Notes: generated by a model from the letters alone, not told the origin. Numbered from the stretch's first letter, positions 21,121 through 31,625 are shown. The stretch: DNA of 64,000 nt from Candidatus Multivorans sp. (GCA_965222875.1 CBDCVC010000002.1:1574583-1638582); one strand, 5' to 3'. Translations and numbers: made by a program.

Positions 21121-22155
21121 ATGGCGGACAACTTCCCGGGCGGCGAGAGCCCGCTCGACCTCCAGAACCTGGCGAAGGTTCTTCGCGAACGGCTCGGAGG
21201 CCTGAAGATCGTCGCGCTGGTCGTGGTGGTGGGGTTGCTCCTCCTCTCCAGCGTCTACACGGTTCAGCCCGAAGAAGTGGGCGTGATTCTGCGGCTCGGC
21301 CGCTACATCGGCCAGACCGAGTCGGGGCTCCACTTCATGATTCCGTTGGTCGACAAGTTGACCAAGGTGCCGGTCAAGCGCCAGTTGAAGGAGGAGTTCG
21401 GTTTCCGCTCCGAGAGCGTGGCGGTGCGCAGTTCCTTCGTGGACAACGCGGACGAGGCGAACATGCTCACCGGCGACCTGAACGCCGCGGTGGTCGAGTG
21501 GGTCGTGCAGTACCGGATCGTCGACCCGTACCAGTACCTGTTCCGGGTCCGCAACATGGACGACACCTTCCGCGACATGAGCGAGGCGGTGATGCGCAAG
21601 GTGGTCGGCGACCGCACGGTGAGCGAAGTCCTGACCGTCGGCCGGGCCGAGATCGAAGTCACGGTCAAGGTCGAACTGCAGGAGCTCTGCGAGCAGTACG
21701 AGACCGGGATTCGGGTCGACCAGGTGGTGCTGCAGAGCAACAACCCGCCGGAGCCGGTCAAGCCGTCGTTCAACGCGGTCAACCAGGCGGAGCAGGAGTT
21801 GGAGCGGCTGATCAACGAAGCCGAGGCGGAGTACAACCGGATCATCCCGCGCGCCGAAGGCCGGGCGCGGCAGGCGATCCAGCAGGCCGAGGGCTACGCG
21901 CTCGATCGGGTCAATCGCGCCCAGGGCGACGCGACCCGCTTTGTCGCCCTCTACGAGGAGTTCCGGAAAGCGCCGGAGGTGACGCGCAAGCGGCTGTTCA
22001 TCGAGACGATGGAGCGTGTGTTGCCGAAGGTGGGCCGGAAGATCGTCGTCGATGAGGACGTCGAGGGTCTGACGCCGATCATGAGCTTCGATGGAGTCAG
22101 CGCGGCCAGGACGCGGCAGGCGGCGGCCCAGCAGGCCGGGGAGGGATCGCCGTGA
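21121..22155 (+). CDS. hflK: HflK (SPFH/band-7 protease modulator)
   Basis: N-terminal transmembrane segment followed by an SPFH domain, immediately followed by hflC. The in-frame upstream extension in the ORF track is non-coding-like. Confidence 0.85.
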   Translation: MADNFPGGESPLDLQNLAKVLRERLGGLKIVALVVVVGLLLLSSVYTVQPEEVGVILRLGRYIGQTESGLHFMIPLVDKLTKVPVKRQLKEEFGFRSESVAVRSSFVDNADEANMLTGDLNAAVVEWVVQYRIVDPYQYLFRVRNMDDTFRDMSEAVMRKVVGDRTVSEVLTVGRAEIEVTVKVELQELCEQYETGIRVDQVVLQSNNPPEPVKPSFNAVNQAEQELERLINEAEAEYNRIIPRAEGRARQAIQQAEGYALDRVNRAQGDATRFVALYEEFRKAPEVTRKRLFIETMERVLPKVGRKIVVDEDVEGLTPIMSFDGVSAARTRQAAAQQAGEGSP

Positions 22156-23081
22156 AGATCGTCGTGGCCCTGTTGGTCCTGGTGCTGCTCCTGCTTCTGG
22201 GCACCTCCCTGTTCGTCGTGCCGGAGGACCGCCAGGCGATCATCACCCAGTTCGGTGCTCCCAAGGGCGACGCAATCGACAAGCCGGGGCTCAAGTTCAA
22301 GCTGCCCTACCAGAAGGCGCAGTACTTCGACCGCCGCTTCCTGGAGTGGCAGGGCTCCGCGGAGGAGCTGCCGACCCGCGACAAGGTGTTCATCTTCGTC
22401 GACACCTACGCCCGCTGGCGGATTTCCGACCCGTTGCTGTTCTTCCAGCGGCTGCGCGACGAGCGCGGCGCCCAGTCGCGGCTCGACGACATCCTCGACG
22501 GCGAGACGCGCAGCGCGATCGCCAACCACGACCTGATCGAGGTGATCCGCAGTTCGAACCGCGAAGCGGCGGCGGACGAATCGAATCTCGACGCCGGCAG
22601 CGGCCTGGAAGAGATCGCGACCGGCCGCGACAAGATCCGCCGGGACATCCTGGCCGCGGCCCAGGCGCGCACCGCGGATCTGGGTATCGATGTGCTGGAC
22701 GTCCAGTTCCGGCGCATCAACTACGGCGAGCAGGTCGAGCCGGACGTGTTCAACCGGATGATCTCGGAGCGGCAGCGGATTGCCGACCGGTTCCGTTCCC
22801 AGGGCCAGGGGCAGGCGTCGGAGATTCTCGGCAACATGGACCGCGACCTGAAGCGCATCGAGTCCGAGGCCTACCGCACGGCGACCGAAATCCGGGGCCG
22901 CGCCGACGCCTCGGCGACCGACATCTACGCCTCGGCCTACAACCAGTCGGCGCAGTCGCGGGACTTCTACGAGTTCCTGCGCACGATGGCGGCCTTCGAG
23001 GAGACCATCGACGCCGACACCTGGCTGGTGCTCTCGACCGACAGCGACTACTTCGGTTTCCTGAAGGCGAGCGGGCCCTAG
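22152..23081 (+). CDS. hflC: HflC (SPFH/band-7 protease modulator)
   Basis: N-terminal transmembrane segment (MKIVVALLVLVLLLLLGTSLFVV) and an SPFH domain. It overlaps the hflK stop by 4 bp. Confidence 0.85.
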   Translation: MKIVVALLVLVLLLLLGTSLFVVPEDRQAIITQFGAPKGDAIDKPGLKFKLPYQKAQYFDRRFLEWQGSAEELPTRDKVFIFVDTYARWRISDPLLFFQRLRDERGAQSRLDDILDGETRSAIANHDLIEVIRSSNREAAADESNLDAGSGLEEIATGRDKIRRDILAAAQARTADLGIDVLDVQFRRINYGEQVEPDVFNRMISERQRIADRFRSQGQGQASEILGNMDRDLKRIESEAYRTATEIRGRADASATDIYASAYNQSAQSRDFYEFLRTMAAFEETIDADTWLVLSTDSDYFGFLKASGP

Positions 23082-23099
23082 CCAATCCGCTCTCTGCCC

Positions 23100-24299
23100 G
23101 TGACCGGCCTGATCGGACTCGTGGTCATCCCGGGCATTGCCTGGGCGCTCTCCACCGACCGGTGGCGGGTGAGGTGGCGCACGGTGCTGGTGGGCACGGC
23201 GATTCAGTTCGTCTTCGCAGTGCTGATTCTGAAGACGCCTTGGGGTCGGGCGTTCTTCCGCGGCGCGAACGACGTCGCGACCGTGTTCCTCGGCTACGCG
23301 GACTTCGGTTCGCTGTTCGTCTTTGGAGAGACCTTCGAGGAGCACCTGTTCGCGTTCAAGGTGCTGCCGACGATCATCTTCTTCTCGGCCGTCGTCGCCG
23401 TGCTGTACCACCTGGGCGTCATTCAACGGGTGGTCAGGGTTTTCGCCGTCGTGATGACGAAGCTGATGGGCACCTCAGGCCCCGAATCGCTGTCCGCTTC
23501 GGCGAACATCTTCGTCGGCCAGACCGAAGCGCCGCTCATCATCCGCTCCTACATCCAGAAGATGACCCGCTCCGAGCTGATGGCGGTGATGACGGCCGGC
23601 TTCGCCACCGTGGCCGGCGGCGTCCTCGCCGCATACGTCGGCCTGGGCATCTCCGCGGGACACCTGATCGCGGCCAGTGTGATGTCGGCGCCGGCCGCCC
23701 TGGTCATGGCCAAGCTGATGATCCCGGAGACGGAAACCGGGCGCGTCTCGGCCGAGTCCGACTTCAAGGTCGAGACGCCGTGGGCCAACATGATCGACGC
23801 GGCCGCGCAGGGCGCCGGCGACGGCCTGAAGCTGGCGCTCAACGTCGGCGCCATGCTGCTCGCCTTCGTTGCCCTGGTGGCGATGTTCAACGGTTTCCTG
23901 GGCCCGGTCGGGGGCTGGATAGGAATCCCCGGACTGAACCTGGAGATGATCCTCGGCTTGCTTTTCCGACCCCTGGCCTGGGTGATGGGCGTGCCCTGGT
24001 CCGAGGCGGATTCGGTGGGAACCTTGCTCGGACTGAAGACCGCGGTGAACGAGTTCGTCGCCTATTCGCGGTTCCAGGACATCTCCGCCGAGAGCCAGTT
24101 GTCGGAACGCTCTCAGGTCATCGCGACATACGCGCTGTGCGGCTTCGCCAACTTCTCGTCGATCGCGATCCAGATCGGCGGCATCGGCGGCATGGCCCCG
24201 GAGCGCAAGAGCGAGCTGGCGAGCCTGGGTCTGCGGGCGATGATCGCCGGCACCCTGGCCTGCCTGCAGACGGCGACGATCGCCGGCCTGCTGGTCTGA
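23100..24299 (+). CDS. nupC: NupC/CNT-family concentrative nucleoside transporter
   Basis: 399-aa polytopic membrane protein. Conserved CNT motifs are present (FVGQTEAPL, GFATVAGGVLAAY, CGFANFSSIAIQIGG). Confidence 0.8.
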   Translation: MTGLIGLVVIPGIAWALSTDRWRVRWRTVLVGTAIQFVFAVLILKTPWGRAFFRGANDVATVFLGYADFGSLFVFGETFEEHLFAFKVLPTIIFFSAVVAVLYHLGVIQRVVRVFAVVMTKLMGTSGPESLSASANIFVGQTEAPLIIRSYIQKMTRSELMAVMTAGFATVAGGVLAAYVGLGISAGHLIAASVMSAPAALVMAKLMIPETETGRVSAESDFKVETPWANMIDAAAQGAGDGLKLALNVGAMLLAFVALVAMFNGFLGPVGGWIGIPGLNLEMILGLLFRPLAWVMGVPWSEADSVGTLLGLKTAVNEFVAYSRFQDISAESQLSERSQVIATYALCGFANFSSIAIQIGGIGGMAPERKSELASLGLRAMIAGTLACLQTATIAGLLV

Positions 24300-24310
24300 G
24301 GCGTAGCCTC

Positions 24311-25153
24311 CTATCCGCCCGCCGCGCCGGCGGCGGAGGGCACGATGATCAACAGTTGAATCGCGTCGAAGACGGTGTGGGCGACGATGGCGGGCCAGAT
24401 GTTGCCTCGCCAGAGAGTGAGATAGCTGAAGGCGACTGAGAGCAAGGCGACGCCCAGGAGCAGGAAGGGCTGTTCGTAGTTCAGGTGCGCGAGCACGAAG
24501 AGGACGTTCGACACGCCGAAGCCGACCCGGGGCATCAGGAAGCCGCGGAAGAAGAGCTCCTCGACGACGCCGGCGGAGAGGCTCACCATGACCCGCAGCA
24601 GGACCGGCAGGCTCCCCATCCAGAGCACCATCTTCGGCGCCTCGCTGGGCAGGTTCTCGGAGCCGCCGGCGAGGCCGACGGCGAGCGCCGCAGTCAGCAC
24701 CACCGCCAGCACGCTCGCCCACAGAACGACGCCCGCCCCGATCCCGAGTCCGACCTCGGCCGGCACGCTCTGCCCGGGTCTGAGGCGCAGTCCGAGCTGG
24801 CCTCGGATCACCGTGCCGGCATCGTGCCCGCAACGCCAGTAGCCGAGCATCAACCACACCGCCAGCGTCACGACCAGCAAGGCGTGCATCTGGAACAGGT
24901 TCAGGGGTGACAGGTTCTCGAAGTCGATCTGGTCCATGCCCGACGGCAGACCGATTTGGCCGATGGCCGCGAACACGCCGACCCAGAGCACAAGGCCCAG
25001 CATCACCATCGCTGCGACGCGGCGGCGAACGCCGCCGGGCGCAGCGGCCGCGAAACGGGGCGGCAGCAGTCCCCGCGCCGAAGTCGACCGGTCGATCCAC
25101 CAGGCGCAGGCGGCGCCGGCAAGAAGTGGCAGCAGGAATCGGATCGGGGTCAC
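24311..25153 (-). CDS. CPBP-family (CAAX/Abi) intramembrane metalloprotease
   Basis: Motif 1 EELFFRGFL and a later FxxxH (…VAHTVFDAI) on a multi-transmembrane scaffold. Confidence 0.7.
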   Translation of the reverse strand: MTPIRFLLPLLAGAACAWWIDRSTSARGLLPPRFAAAAPGGVRRRVAAMVMLGLVLWVGVFAAIGQIGLPSGMDQIDFENLSPLNLFQMHALLVVTLAVWLMLGYWRCGHDAGTVIRGQLGLRLRPGQSVPAEVGLGIGAGVVLWASVLAVVLTAALAVGLAGGSENLPSEAPKMVLWMGSLPVLLRVMVSLSAGVVEELFFRGFLMPRVGFGVSNVLFVLAHLNYEQPFLLLGVALLSVAFSYLTLWRGNIWPAIVAHTVFDAIQLLIIVPSAAGAAGG

Positions 25154-25198
25154 GGGCTGTTAGGGTTCGGCGCTGCCGCAAACACACAGGAGAGAGCC

Positions 25199-26443
25199 TT
25201 GGAGCGATTTCCCGGCGTTGATTTCATGAAGTTCGACTCGCTGCTCAGCGGGGAGGAGCGTCTGATCAGAGATACCGTTCGTCAGTTCGTCGACGAGCGG
25301 GTGAAGCCTATTATCGAGCAGTGCCATCGAGAGGCGCGGGCGCCGATGGAACTCGCGCCCGAGATCGGCGATCTGAACCTGTTCGGGGCGAACTTCAGGG
25401 AGTACGGACTCCCCGGCCTGGGGGATGTCGCGTACGGGCTCGTGATGCAGGAGTTGGAGCGCGGCGATTCCGGCATCCGCAGCATGGTCTCGGTGCAGAG
25501 CTCCCTGGTCATGTACCCGATCCTGACCTTCGGCTCGAAGGAGCAGAAGGACCGCTTCATCCCGGGACTCGCGACCGGGCGCATGATCGGCTGCTTCGGC
25601 CTCACGGAGCCGGACTTCGGCTCGAACCCGTCGGCGATGCGCACCCGCGCGCGCCGCGACGGGGACTGCTGGGTGCTCAACGGCGCCAAGCAGTGGATCA
25701 CCAACGGCAGCGTCGCCGATGTCGCCGTCGTGTGGGCGCGCACGGACGAGGGGATCAGGGGTTTCCTGGTCGAGAAGGGCGCCGAGGGCTTCGTGAGCGC
25801 CGAGCAGCACGGCAAGTTCTCGCTGCGGGCGTCGGTCACCGGTGAACTCTCGTTCCAGAACTGCCGGATTCCGGCCAGCAATATCCTCGAGGGCACACGC
25901 GGCGTCGGCAGTGCGCTCCAGACCCTGAACCAGGCGCGCTACGGCATCTGCTGGGGCGGGCTCGGGTCGGCGATGGAGTGCTACCACACAGCGCTCGAGT
26001 ACGCCCGCCAGCGGGTGCAGTTCGCCGGCCAGCCGATCGCCAGCCACCAACTGGTCCAGGAGAAGCTGGCGTGGATGATCACGGAGATCACGAAGGGCCA
26101 GTTCCTCGTCTACCAGTTGGCGGGGCTGAAGACGGCCGGGACGATGGAGCCGCAGCACGTGTCGATGTGCAAGCGGAACAACGTCTGGGTGGCGCGCGAA
26201 TGCGCCAAGCTGGCGCGCGAAATCCTGGGCGCCAACGGCATCTCCGACGAGTATCCGGTGGTCCGCCACATGCTGAACATCGAGTCGGTCTACACCTATG
26301 AGGGCACGCACGACATCCACGGCCTGGTGATCGGCGCCGCGGTGACCGGTATCCCCTCCTTCAACCCGTCGATGACCCGCACGCAGGCGCGGGAGGCCGC
26401 CGCCCGCCCCGAACTGGCCGCGGTGGCGTCGGGGGGGAACTGA
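25199..26443 (+). CDS. gcdH: Glutaryl-CoA dehydrogenase-like acyl-CoA dehydrogenase
   Basis: Closely resembles glutaryl-CoA dehydrogenase across its length ([72 protein letters not shown]). The start is either the TTG at 25199 (AGGAGA ribosome-binding site 5 nt upstream) or the ATG at 25226. Confidence 0.8.
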   Translation: MERFPGVDFMKFDSLLSGEERLIRDTVRQFVDERVKPIIEQCHREARAPMELAPEIGDLNLFGANFREYGLPGLGDVAYGLVMQELERGDSGIRSMVSVQSSLVMYPILTFGSKEQKDRFIPGLATGRMIGCFGLTEPDFGSNPSAMRTRARRDGDCWVLNGAKQWITNGSVADVAVVWARTDEGIRGFLVEKGAEGFVSAEQHGKFSLRASVTGELSFQNCRIPASNILEGTRGVGSALQTLNQARYGICWGGLGSAMECYHTALEYARQRVQFAGQPIASHQLVQEKLAWMITEITKGQFLVYQLAGLKTAGTMEPQHVSMCKRNNVWVARECAKLAREILGANGISDEYPVVRHMLNIESVYTYEGTHDIHGLVIGAAVTGIPSFNPSMTRTQAREAAARPELAAVASGGN

Positions 26444-27417
26444 TGGCGGGCGGCCTGCGCGAGCACGACTTCGTCGCCGTCACCGAGGCGGCCGCGGTTG
26501 CCGCGGCGCAGACCATGGGCTACGGCGACCGTCGCCACTCGGACCACGTTTCGGTGGAGGCGATGCGCGAGTCGCTCGCTGTGATGGCGATCGACGGCCG
26601 GGTCGTGATCGGCGAGGGGGAGCGGGACAAGGCGCCGATGCTCTACGTCGGGGAACGGGTCGGTCGCGGCGCTCCCGGCGACCTGCCGGTGGACTTCGCC
26701 GTCGATCCATTGGAGGGAACGAACCTGTGCGCCACCGGCGCCGCGGACGCGATGGCGGTGCTCGCGGCGTCGGAGCGCGGGGGGCTCCTGCACGCCCCCG
26801 ACATCTACATGGACAAGATCGTGGTCGGCCCGACCGCCCGCGGCGCCGTCGCTCTGGATGCGCCGGTGGAGGACAACCTGAACGCCATCGCCGGCGCCTT
26901 CAACTGCGCGGTCAGCGCCTTGACGATCGTGGTGCTCGACCGGGACCGCCACCGCGGTCTGATCGAGGACATCCGCGGCGCCGGCGCCCGGATCAAGCTG
27001 ATCGGCGACGGCGACCTCTCGACCGGGATTGCCGCGGCCGTGCGAGGCACCGGTGTCCACGCGGTGATCGGCACCGGCGGCGCGCCGGAAGGGGTGATCA
27101 CGGCGGCGGCGATGCGCTGCCTGGGCGGCGAGATCCAGGGCCGGCTGTCCGCCCTTTCCGAAGAGCAGGAGCGCCGGCTCGAGGAGGTCGGGATCGAGGA
27201 CCGGGACCGGATCTACACCACCGACGAGCTGGCGCCCGGCGACGACATCGTGTTCTGCTGCACCGGCGTCACCGGCGGCGACCTGCTCCGCGGCGTCCGG
27301 TTCGAGGGCGACGGGTACCGCACGTCGACGCTGGTCATGTCGCTCGCCGACGGCGTGATCCGATTCGTCGAGACGATTCACCGCGGCGACGACGGCGGCC
27401 CGGTCGTCTTCTACTGA
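26443..27417 (+). CDS. glpX: Class II fructose-1,6-bisphosphatase GlpX
   Basis: 324-aa ORF with GlpX family similarity throughout ([19 protein letters not shown]). Confidence 0.85.
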   Translation: MAGGLREHDFVAVTEAAAVAAAQTMGYGDRRHSDHVSVEAMRESLAVMAIDGRVVIGEGERDKAPMLYVGERVGRGAPGDLPVDFAVDPLEGTNLCATGAADAMAVLAASERGGLLHAPDIYMDKIVVGPTARGAVALDAPVEDNLNAIAGAFNCAVSALTIVVLDRDRHRGLIEDIRGAGARIKLIGDGDLSTGIAAAVRGTGVHAVIGTGGAPEGVITAAAMRCLGGEIQGRLSALSEEQERRLEEVGIEDRDRIYTTDELAPGDDIVFCCTGVTGGDLLRGVRFEGDGYRTSTLVMSLADGVIRFVETIHRGDDGGPVVFY

Positions 27418-27466
27418 GGAGACGGCCGGTGCGGGAACAGGCGCGGGACCGAGGGGAGGCGCCGGC

Positions 27467-27955
27467 GTGATCAAGCCGGACCACTGGATTCGCGCCTGGG
27501 GCGAGGGCGGCGGGGTGACGCCGTTCGAGCCGACGCAGGTGAACTCCGCGAGCTACGACGTGCGGGTGGGCGACCACTGGATCTGTCCGACCCGCGACCC
27601 GGAGGAGTTCCGGGGAGACAAGGTGAAGCTGTTCCCGAACGAGGTCCTGCTCGCCACGACTCTCGAGTTCGTGCGCATCCCGAGGTCGGTGGCCTGCGAT
27701 CTGAAGCTCAAGTCGACGCTGGGCCGGCTGTGGATCAATCACTCCCTGGCCGGCTGGTGCGACCCGGGCTTCGAAGGCAACATCACGCTCGAGTTGCAGA
27801 ATCTGGGACCGGTGCCGTTCGTGCTCGACGCCGGCCGCCGGATCGCCCAGTTGATCTTCATCGCGATGGAGTCGGAACCTGACGTGGCCTACGGCGAACC
27901 GGGCGCGAAGAGCAAGTACCAGCACCAGGTCGGTGCGACGCGAGCCCGGAACTGA
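27467..27955 (+). CDS. dcd: dCTP deaminase (Dcd/dUTPase superfamily)
   Basis: 162 aa with the SASYDVRVG, LGRLWINHSLAGWCDPGFEGNITLEL and RIAQLIF motifs of the dCTP deaminase family. Confidence 0.75.
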   Translation: MIKPDHWIRAWGEGGGVTPFEPTQVNSASYDVRVGDHWICPTRDPEEFRGDKVKLFPNEVLLATTLEFVRIPRSVACDLKLKSTLGRLWINHSLAGWCDPGFEGNITLELQNLGPVPFVLDAGRRIAQLIFIAMESEPDVAYGEPGAKSKYQHQVGATRARN

Positions 27956-27970
27956 ACGGGACCGGCGATC

Positions 27971-28438
27971 GTGTCAGCACCTGTTCGACAGACCATCCGG
28001 CTCAGGGTAGGCAGCCGGTACGAGAACGTCGAACTGGTGCAGGCGGTTCTGGACGAAGCGCTCGAACCGCTGGAGGTGGACGAGGAGAGCAGCTACTGGA
28101 TGGGCATCGCGCTGCGGGAGGCTGTGACCAACGCGATCAAGCACGGCAACGCGCTGGACGCCGAGAAGAAGGTCGAGGTCGCCTTGGAGGTGAGCGCGGA
28201 CGGGATCGAGATCACGGTGGAGGATGAGGGCAGCGGGTTCGACCCGGCCGCGGTGGAGGATCCACTGGCGCCGGACAACCTGCTGAAGACGGAAGGCCGG
28301 GGAATCTTCTACATGAGGAAGTTCATGGATAAGATCGAGTACGATTTCGGCGCCGGGGGCGGCACGAAGGTCCGGCTTCACAAGAAGTTTGGCGGTCCGT
28401 GCGCCGCTGCCGAAGGAGACCAGGGAGGAGCGGAATGA
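27971..28438 (+). CDS. Anti-sigma regulatory factor, HATPase_c Ser/Thr kinase (RsbW/SpoIIAB-like)
   Basis: N box (EAVTNAIKHG) and G boxes (EDEGSGF…GRGIFYM) of GHKL kinases. Its stop overlaps the start of the downstream STAS gene. Confidence 0.7.
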   Translation: MSAPVRQTIRLRVGSRYENVELVQAVLDEALEPLEVDEESSYWMGIALREAVTNAIKHGNALDAEKKVEVALEVSADGIEITVEDEGSGFDPAAVEDPLAPDNLLKTEGRGIFYMRKFMDKIEYDFGAGGGTKVRLHKKFGGPCAAAEGDQGGAE

Positions 28439-28773
28439 AGATTGACAAGCGCCAACGGGATGGAGCGACGATTCTCGATCTCCAGGGCAAGATCACCATA
28501 GGCGAGGGAGACGTTGCTCTGAGGGAGGCCGTTCACGAAGCGATCGGCGCGGGCGCTCTGAACATTCTGCTCAACATGAGCCGGGTGCGAACGATCGACT
28601 CTTCCGGCGTCGGCGAGTTGATTGCCGCCTACACCACGGTGACCAACCGCGGCGGCAAGCTGGGTCTGTTCGCTCTGCCGCGCCGGGTTCTCGGCGTGCT
28701 GCAGATCACCCAGTTGGTCACCGTGCTCGACATCATGAAGGACGAGGACGAGGCGGTCGCGTCGCTCTCCTGA
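28435..28773 (+). CDS. STAS-domain anti-sigma-factor antagonist (RsbV/SpoIIAA-like)
   Basis: 112 aa with the STAS pattern (ILDLQGKITIGEG…LNMSRVRTIDSSGVGELI). A GGGAGGAG ribosome-binding site precedes the ATG at 28435. Confidence 0.75.
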   Translation: MKIDKRQRDGATILDLQGKITIGEGDVALREAVHEAIGAGALNILLNMSRVRTIDSSGVGELIAAYTTVTNRGGKLGLFALPRRVLGVLQITQLVTVLDIMKDEDEAVASLS

Positions 28774-28780
28774 TGGACCG

Positions 28781-29998
28781 GTGATCGCACTCAGGCAGGG
28801 ACGCGGGCAGGAGCGTCCGCCGGTGGACCGCCGGGCGGGGACATCCGACGGCAACCTGCGCGGCAGGCTGCTGTTCGTCGGCGTGTCGCTGCTCCTCGTC
28901 CTGGGCCTTGCAAGCGGCGCGTGGCTGGGCGCCAGCGACGACGAGCCCGGCACCGACTCGATCTACAAATACATCACGCTGTGGGAGGAGGTCCTGCGGC
29001 TGATCCGCGGCTCGTACGTTGAGGAGGTCGACGGTCGCGGCCTGATGGCGGGCGCGCTGGACGGGGTGAGCGACGCGCTGGATCCGTTCTCGGTCTATGT
29101 GCCGGCGGGCGAGGTGGAGTCGTACCGCGCCGCGCGGGAGATCGGGCGCCGTCACAGCGGCCTCCTGGTGCTGAAGGAGCGCGGGACGGCCTACGTCGCC
29201 GCGGTGGACCGCGGCAGTCCGGCGGATCTGGCGGGGTTTGAACTGCGTGACATCGTCGCCGGCATCAACGGCCGTTCGTCTCGTGAGATGCCGCTGTGGG
29301 AGTTGCGCCGGCAACTCGCGGCGCCCGCCGGTTCCGAGTTGCGGCTCGAACTGGTGCGGCGCGGCGAGAGCATCGAGCAGAGCCTCGTCCTTGCCGAGTA
29401 CGACCTTCTGCCGCCGGAATTCGAGGAGGTTCGCGGCGTCGGCGTGCTGACGATCCCGAGCTTCGGCGCCGACACGGCCGTCCAGGTCGATGCCGCGCTG
29501 GCCGGGTACGAGGGCGCCTTGCTGCTGATCGATCTGCGCGGCGTCGCCGGAGGATCGGTGGCGGATGCGTACGCGGTTGCGGGCCGGTTCGCGCGGGGCG
29601 AGTTGGGCAGCCTGCTCGACCGCGAGGAGCGCGAGCTCCAGAGCTTCGCCGGCGAAGGCGGCTTGTTCGCGGGCGACATCGCGGTGCTGGTCGACCGGAG
29701 TTCTCAGGGCGCCGCCGAAGTCCTCACCGCCGTGCTGCAAGAGGCGGTCGACGCCGAACTGTACGGTGAACCGACGTTCGGCTACGCGGGAGAGGTGGAG
29801 CAGATCGAGCTGCCGAACGACGGCGGCGTGCTGGAGTTGACCTCGGCCTTCTACACCGATCCGGACGGTAAGCGGCTCAACCGCAGGATCCGCGTTGAGC
29901 AGGCCCACCGACTCGGCGCCCTCTTCTTCGCCGAGCCGGAAGACGGGTCGGATCCCGTCCTCGAAGGCGCGATCGACCTGATTTTGAATCTCGGCTAA
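28781..29998 (+). CDS. S41-family peptidase (C-terminal processing protease-like) with PDZ domain
   Basis: N-terminal transmembrane or signal region, a PDZ-like segment (RGSPADLAGFELRDIVAGING) and an S41 tail (LIDLRGVAGGS…SSQGAAEV). Confidence 0.55.
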   Translation: MIALRQGRGQERPPVDRRAGTSDGNLRGRLLFVGVSLLLVLGLASGAWLGASDDEPGTDSIYKYITLWEEVLRLIRGSYVEEVDGRGLMAGALDGVSDALDPFSVYVPAGEVESYRAAREIGRRHSGLLVLKERGTAYVAAVDRGSPADLAGFELRDIVAGINGRSSREMPLWELRRQLAAPAGSELRLELVRRGESIEQSLVLAEYDLLPPEFEEVRGVGVLTIPSFGADTAVQVDAALAGYEGALLLIDLRGVAGGSVADAYAVAGRFARGELGSLLDREERELQSFAGEGGLFAGDIAVLVDRSSQGAAEVLTAVLQEAVDAELYGEPTFGYAGEVEQIELPNDGGVLELTSAFYTDPDGKRLNRRIRVEQAHRLGALFFAEPEDGSDPVLEGAIDLILNLG

Positions 29999-30086
29999 CG
30001 CGAGTTCTTCTGCCGCGTCAGTGGGTCGCTTGGCTATGGTCGCCGCTTCGCGGCGGCGCTCTCTCCCGCGGGTCAGAAGACCCGCG

Positions 30087-30911
30087 TTACACGCGCTCCC
30101 ACAGCCGTTCCATCCGCTCCATCCGGCTGCTGTCCGCTTCGCCGTCGCCGTCGCCGCCGGCGCCGAGTTCCGCCTCCACGACGGCGAAGCGACGGCGGAA
30201 CTTCCGGTTCGCGGCCGCCAGAGCGCGTTCGGGATCCACCTTGAGGTGGCGGGCGAGGTTGGCGATCGCGAAGAGGACGTCGCCCAGCTCTTCCTCGACC
30301 TTCGTGGTCGCTTGCGGCCCGTCTGCCGCCGCGCTCCTTGCCGTCTCCCGGTCGAGTTCCGCAAGCTCCTCGGCCACCTTGGCGCGCACGGCCGCGGGAG
30401 CGTCCCAGTCGAAGCCGACGCCGGCCGCCTTCTGCCCGAGCCGGTAAGCGCCGACCAGAGCCGGCAGCGAAGCGGGTACGCCGTCCAGCGCGGAACGTCC
30501 CGCAGAGCGTTGCTTGCGTTGCTCCCAGAGCGCCGCGACCTCGGCCGCGGACGCGGCCTGGCCTCGATCCTCCTCGTTGTCGAAGACGTGCGGGTGACGG
30601 GCAACCATCTTCTCGATCACCGTTCGGATGGCGTCGCCGACGGGAACGTCCGACAGCTCGGCGCTGGCGAGCCGGGCGACGTAGACCGCCTCGAACAGCA
30701 GATCGCCCAGCTCCTCGCTAATCGCCGCGGTGTCGCGCTCGTCGATCGCGGCGGCGAGTTCGTGCGCTTCCTCGATCAGGTAGGCGCGCAGGTCCTTGAG
30801 GGACAGCTCCCGGTCCCAGGGGCAGTCGACGCGAAGCCGGTCGATCAGCGCCGCGATCGGGGCCAGCGAGGAGGGGTCGGCGGCACCGTCTGCTCTGTTA
30901 CGCTCGTTCAT
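30087..30911 (-). CDS. mazG: Nucleoside triphosphate pyrophosphohydrolase MazG
   Basis: Two tandem MazG EExxE/D repeats (EEAHELAAAID…EELGDLLF and EELAELD…EELGDVLFA). The start is set at MNERNR (30911). The upstream extension in the ORF track is R-rich. Confidence 0.8.
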   Translation of the reverse strand: MNERNRADGAADPSSLAPIAALIDRLRVDCPWDRELSLKDLRAYLIEEAHELAAAIDERDTAAISEELGDLLFEAVYVARLASAELSDVPVGDAIRTVIEKMVARHPHVFDNEEDRGQAASAAEVAALWEQRKQRSAGRSALDGVPASLPALVGAYRLGQKAAGVGFDWDAPAAVRAKVAEELAELDRETARSAAADGPQATTKVEEELGDVLFAIANLARHLKVDPERALAAANRKFRRRFAVVEAELGAGGDGDGEADSSRMERMERLWERV

Positions 30912-30932
30912 TCTTCGGCGGGGAGATCGGAT

Positions 30933-31379
30933 GTGAAGGTCACCGACAAAAGGATGTTCACCGACGACGGCGAACTGCGTGAAGAGTACCGGTTTCTCGA
31001 GCAGCAGAAGGCGACCGCAGAGCCCGCGGCGCCCGCGCCGGATCCGGGCGGCGGAGAAGCGCCGGACACGCCGGCCGTCGCGGCGCCCGACCCCTCGGTC
31101 GACCCCTACGAATCGTCGCCGGCCGGCGCCGGGCGCCCGGCGCCCGGCTTCATGGACCTGGTCGCGATGCTTGCCGAGCCGATTGCCTTTCTGCTGGGCG
31201 ACGCGCAGCTTCCGGATGGCCAGAGCGCGCAGGATCTTCCCCGGGCGCGTCTGCAGATCGACCTGCTGGCGGTGCTGCAGGAGAAGACGCGAGGGAACGT
31301 CAGCGCGGAGGAGAGCGCGATGGTCGAGAACCTGCTCGCTCAGCTCCGCATGCGCTACGTCGAGAAGAGCCGGAACTGA
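30933..31379 (+). CDS. DUF1844-like hypothetical protein
   Basis: About 148 aa. A Pro/Ala-rich linker is followed by a conserved C-terminal region (FMDLVAMLAEPIAFLLGD…ARLQIDLLAVLQEKTRGNVSAEESAMVENLLAQLRMRYV). It is divergent from mazG, with only 21 bp between the two start codons. Confidence 0.45.
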   Translation: MKVTDKRMFTDDGELREEYRFLEQQKATAEPAAPAPDPGGGEAPDTPAVAAPDPSVDPYESSPAGAGRPAPGFMDLVAMLAEPIAFLLGDAQLPDGQSAQDLPRARLQIDLLAVLQEKTRGNVSAEESAMVENLLAQLRMRYVEKSRN

Positions 31380-31481
31380 CGACTTAGCAGCTTGCGCCGC
31401 GCCCACCGGGCTCTTGGGGCGGCCGGACAGGTAGTGGCCGGAACATGAGCGCTTCAGTATCAGATTATTGCTGCTCGGGAC

Positions 31482-31510
31482 TTGACATCGGAACGCTTAG
31501 GTCTTAGGGT
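31482..31510 (+). promoter_or_regulatory. σ70-like promoter candidate upstream of dnaK (TTGACA-N17-TAGGGT)
   Basis: TTGACA at 31482-87, a 17-nt spacer, and TAGGGT at 31505-10. It lies about 115 nt upstream of the dnaK start. A 10-bp palindrome, tagccggcta, at 31527-36 could be an operator. Confidence 0.3.
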
Positions 31511-31625
31511 GTTTGGTGCACTGGGGCTGTAGCCGGCTATCGAATGCTCGGATCGGGCCCCGAAGCGAACCAAGGAAACCAACATCCGTTCGCGCTGCCG
31601 GCGCGGGCGATCAGGAGACGAGGAC

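Noticed and set aside
28774-28790. Possible small ORFs or leader peptides between the rsbV-like gene and the S41 peptidase gene
   Set aside because: The gap is only 7 bp, and the peptidase GTG start follows directly.
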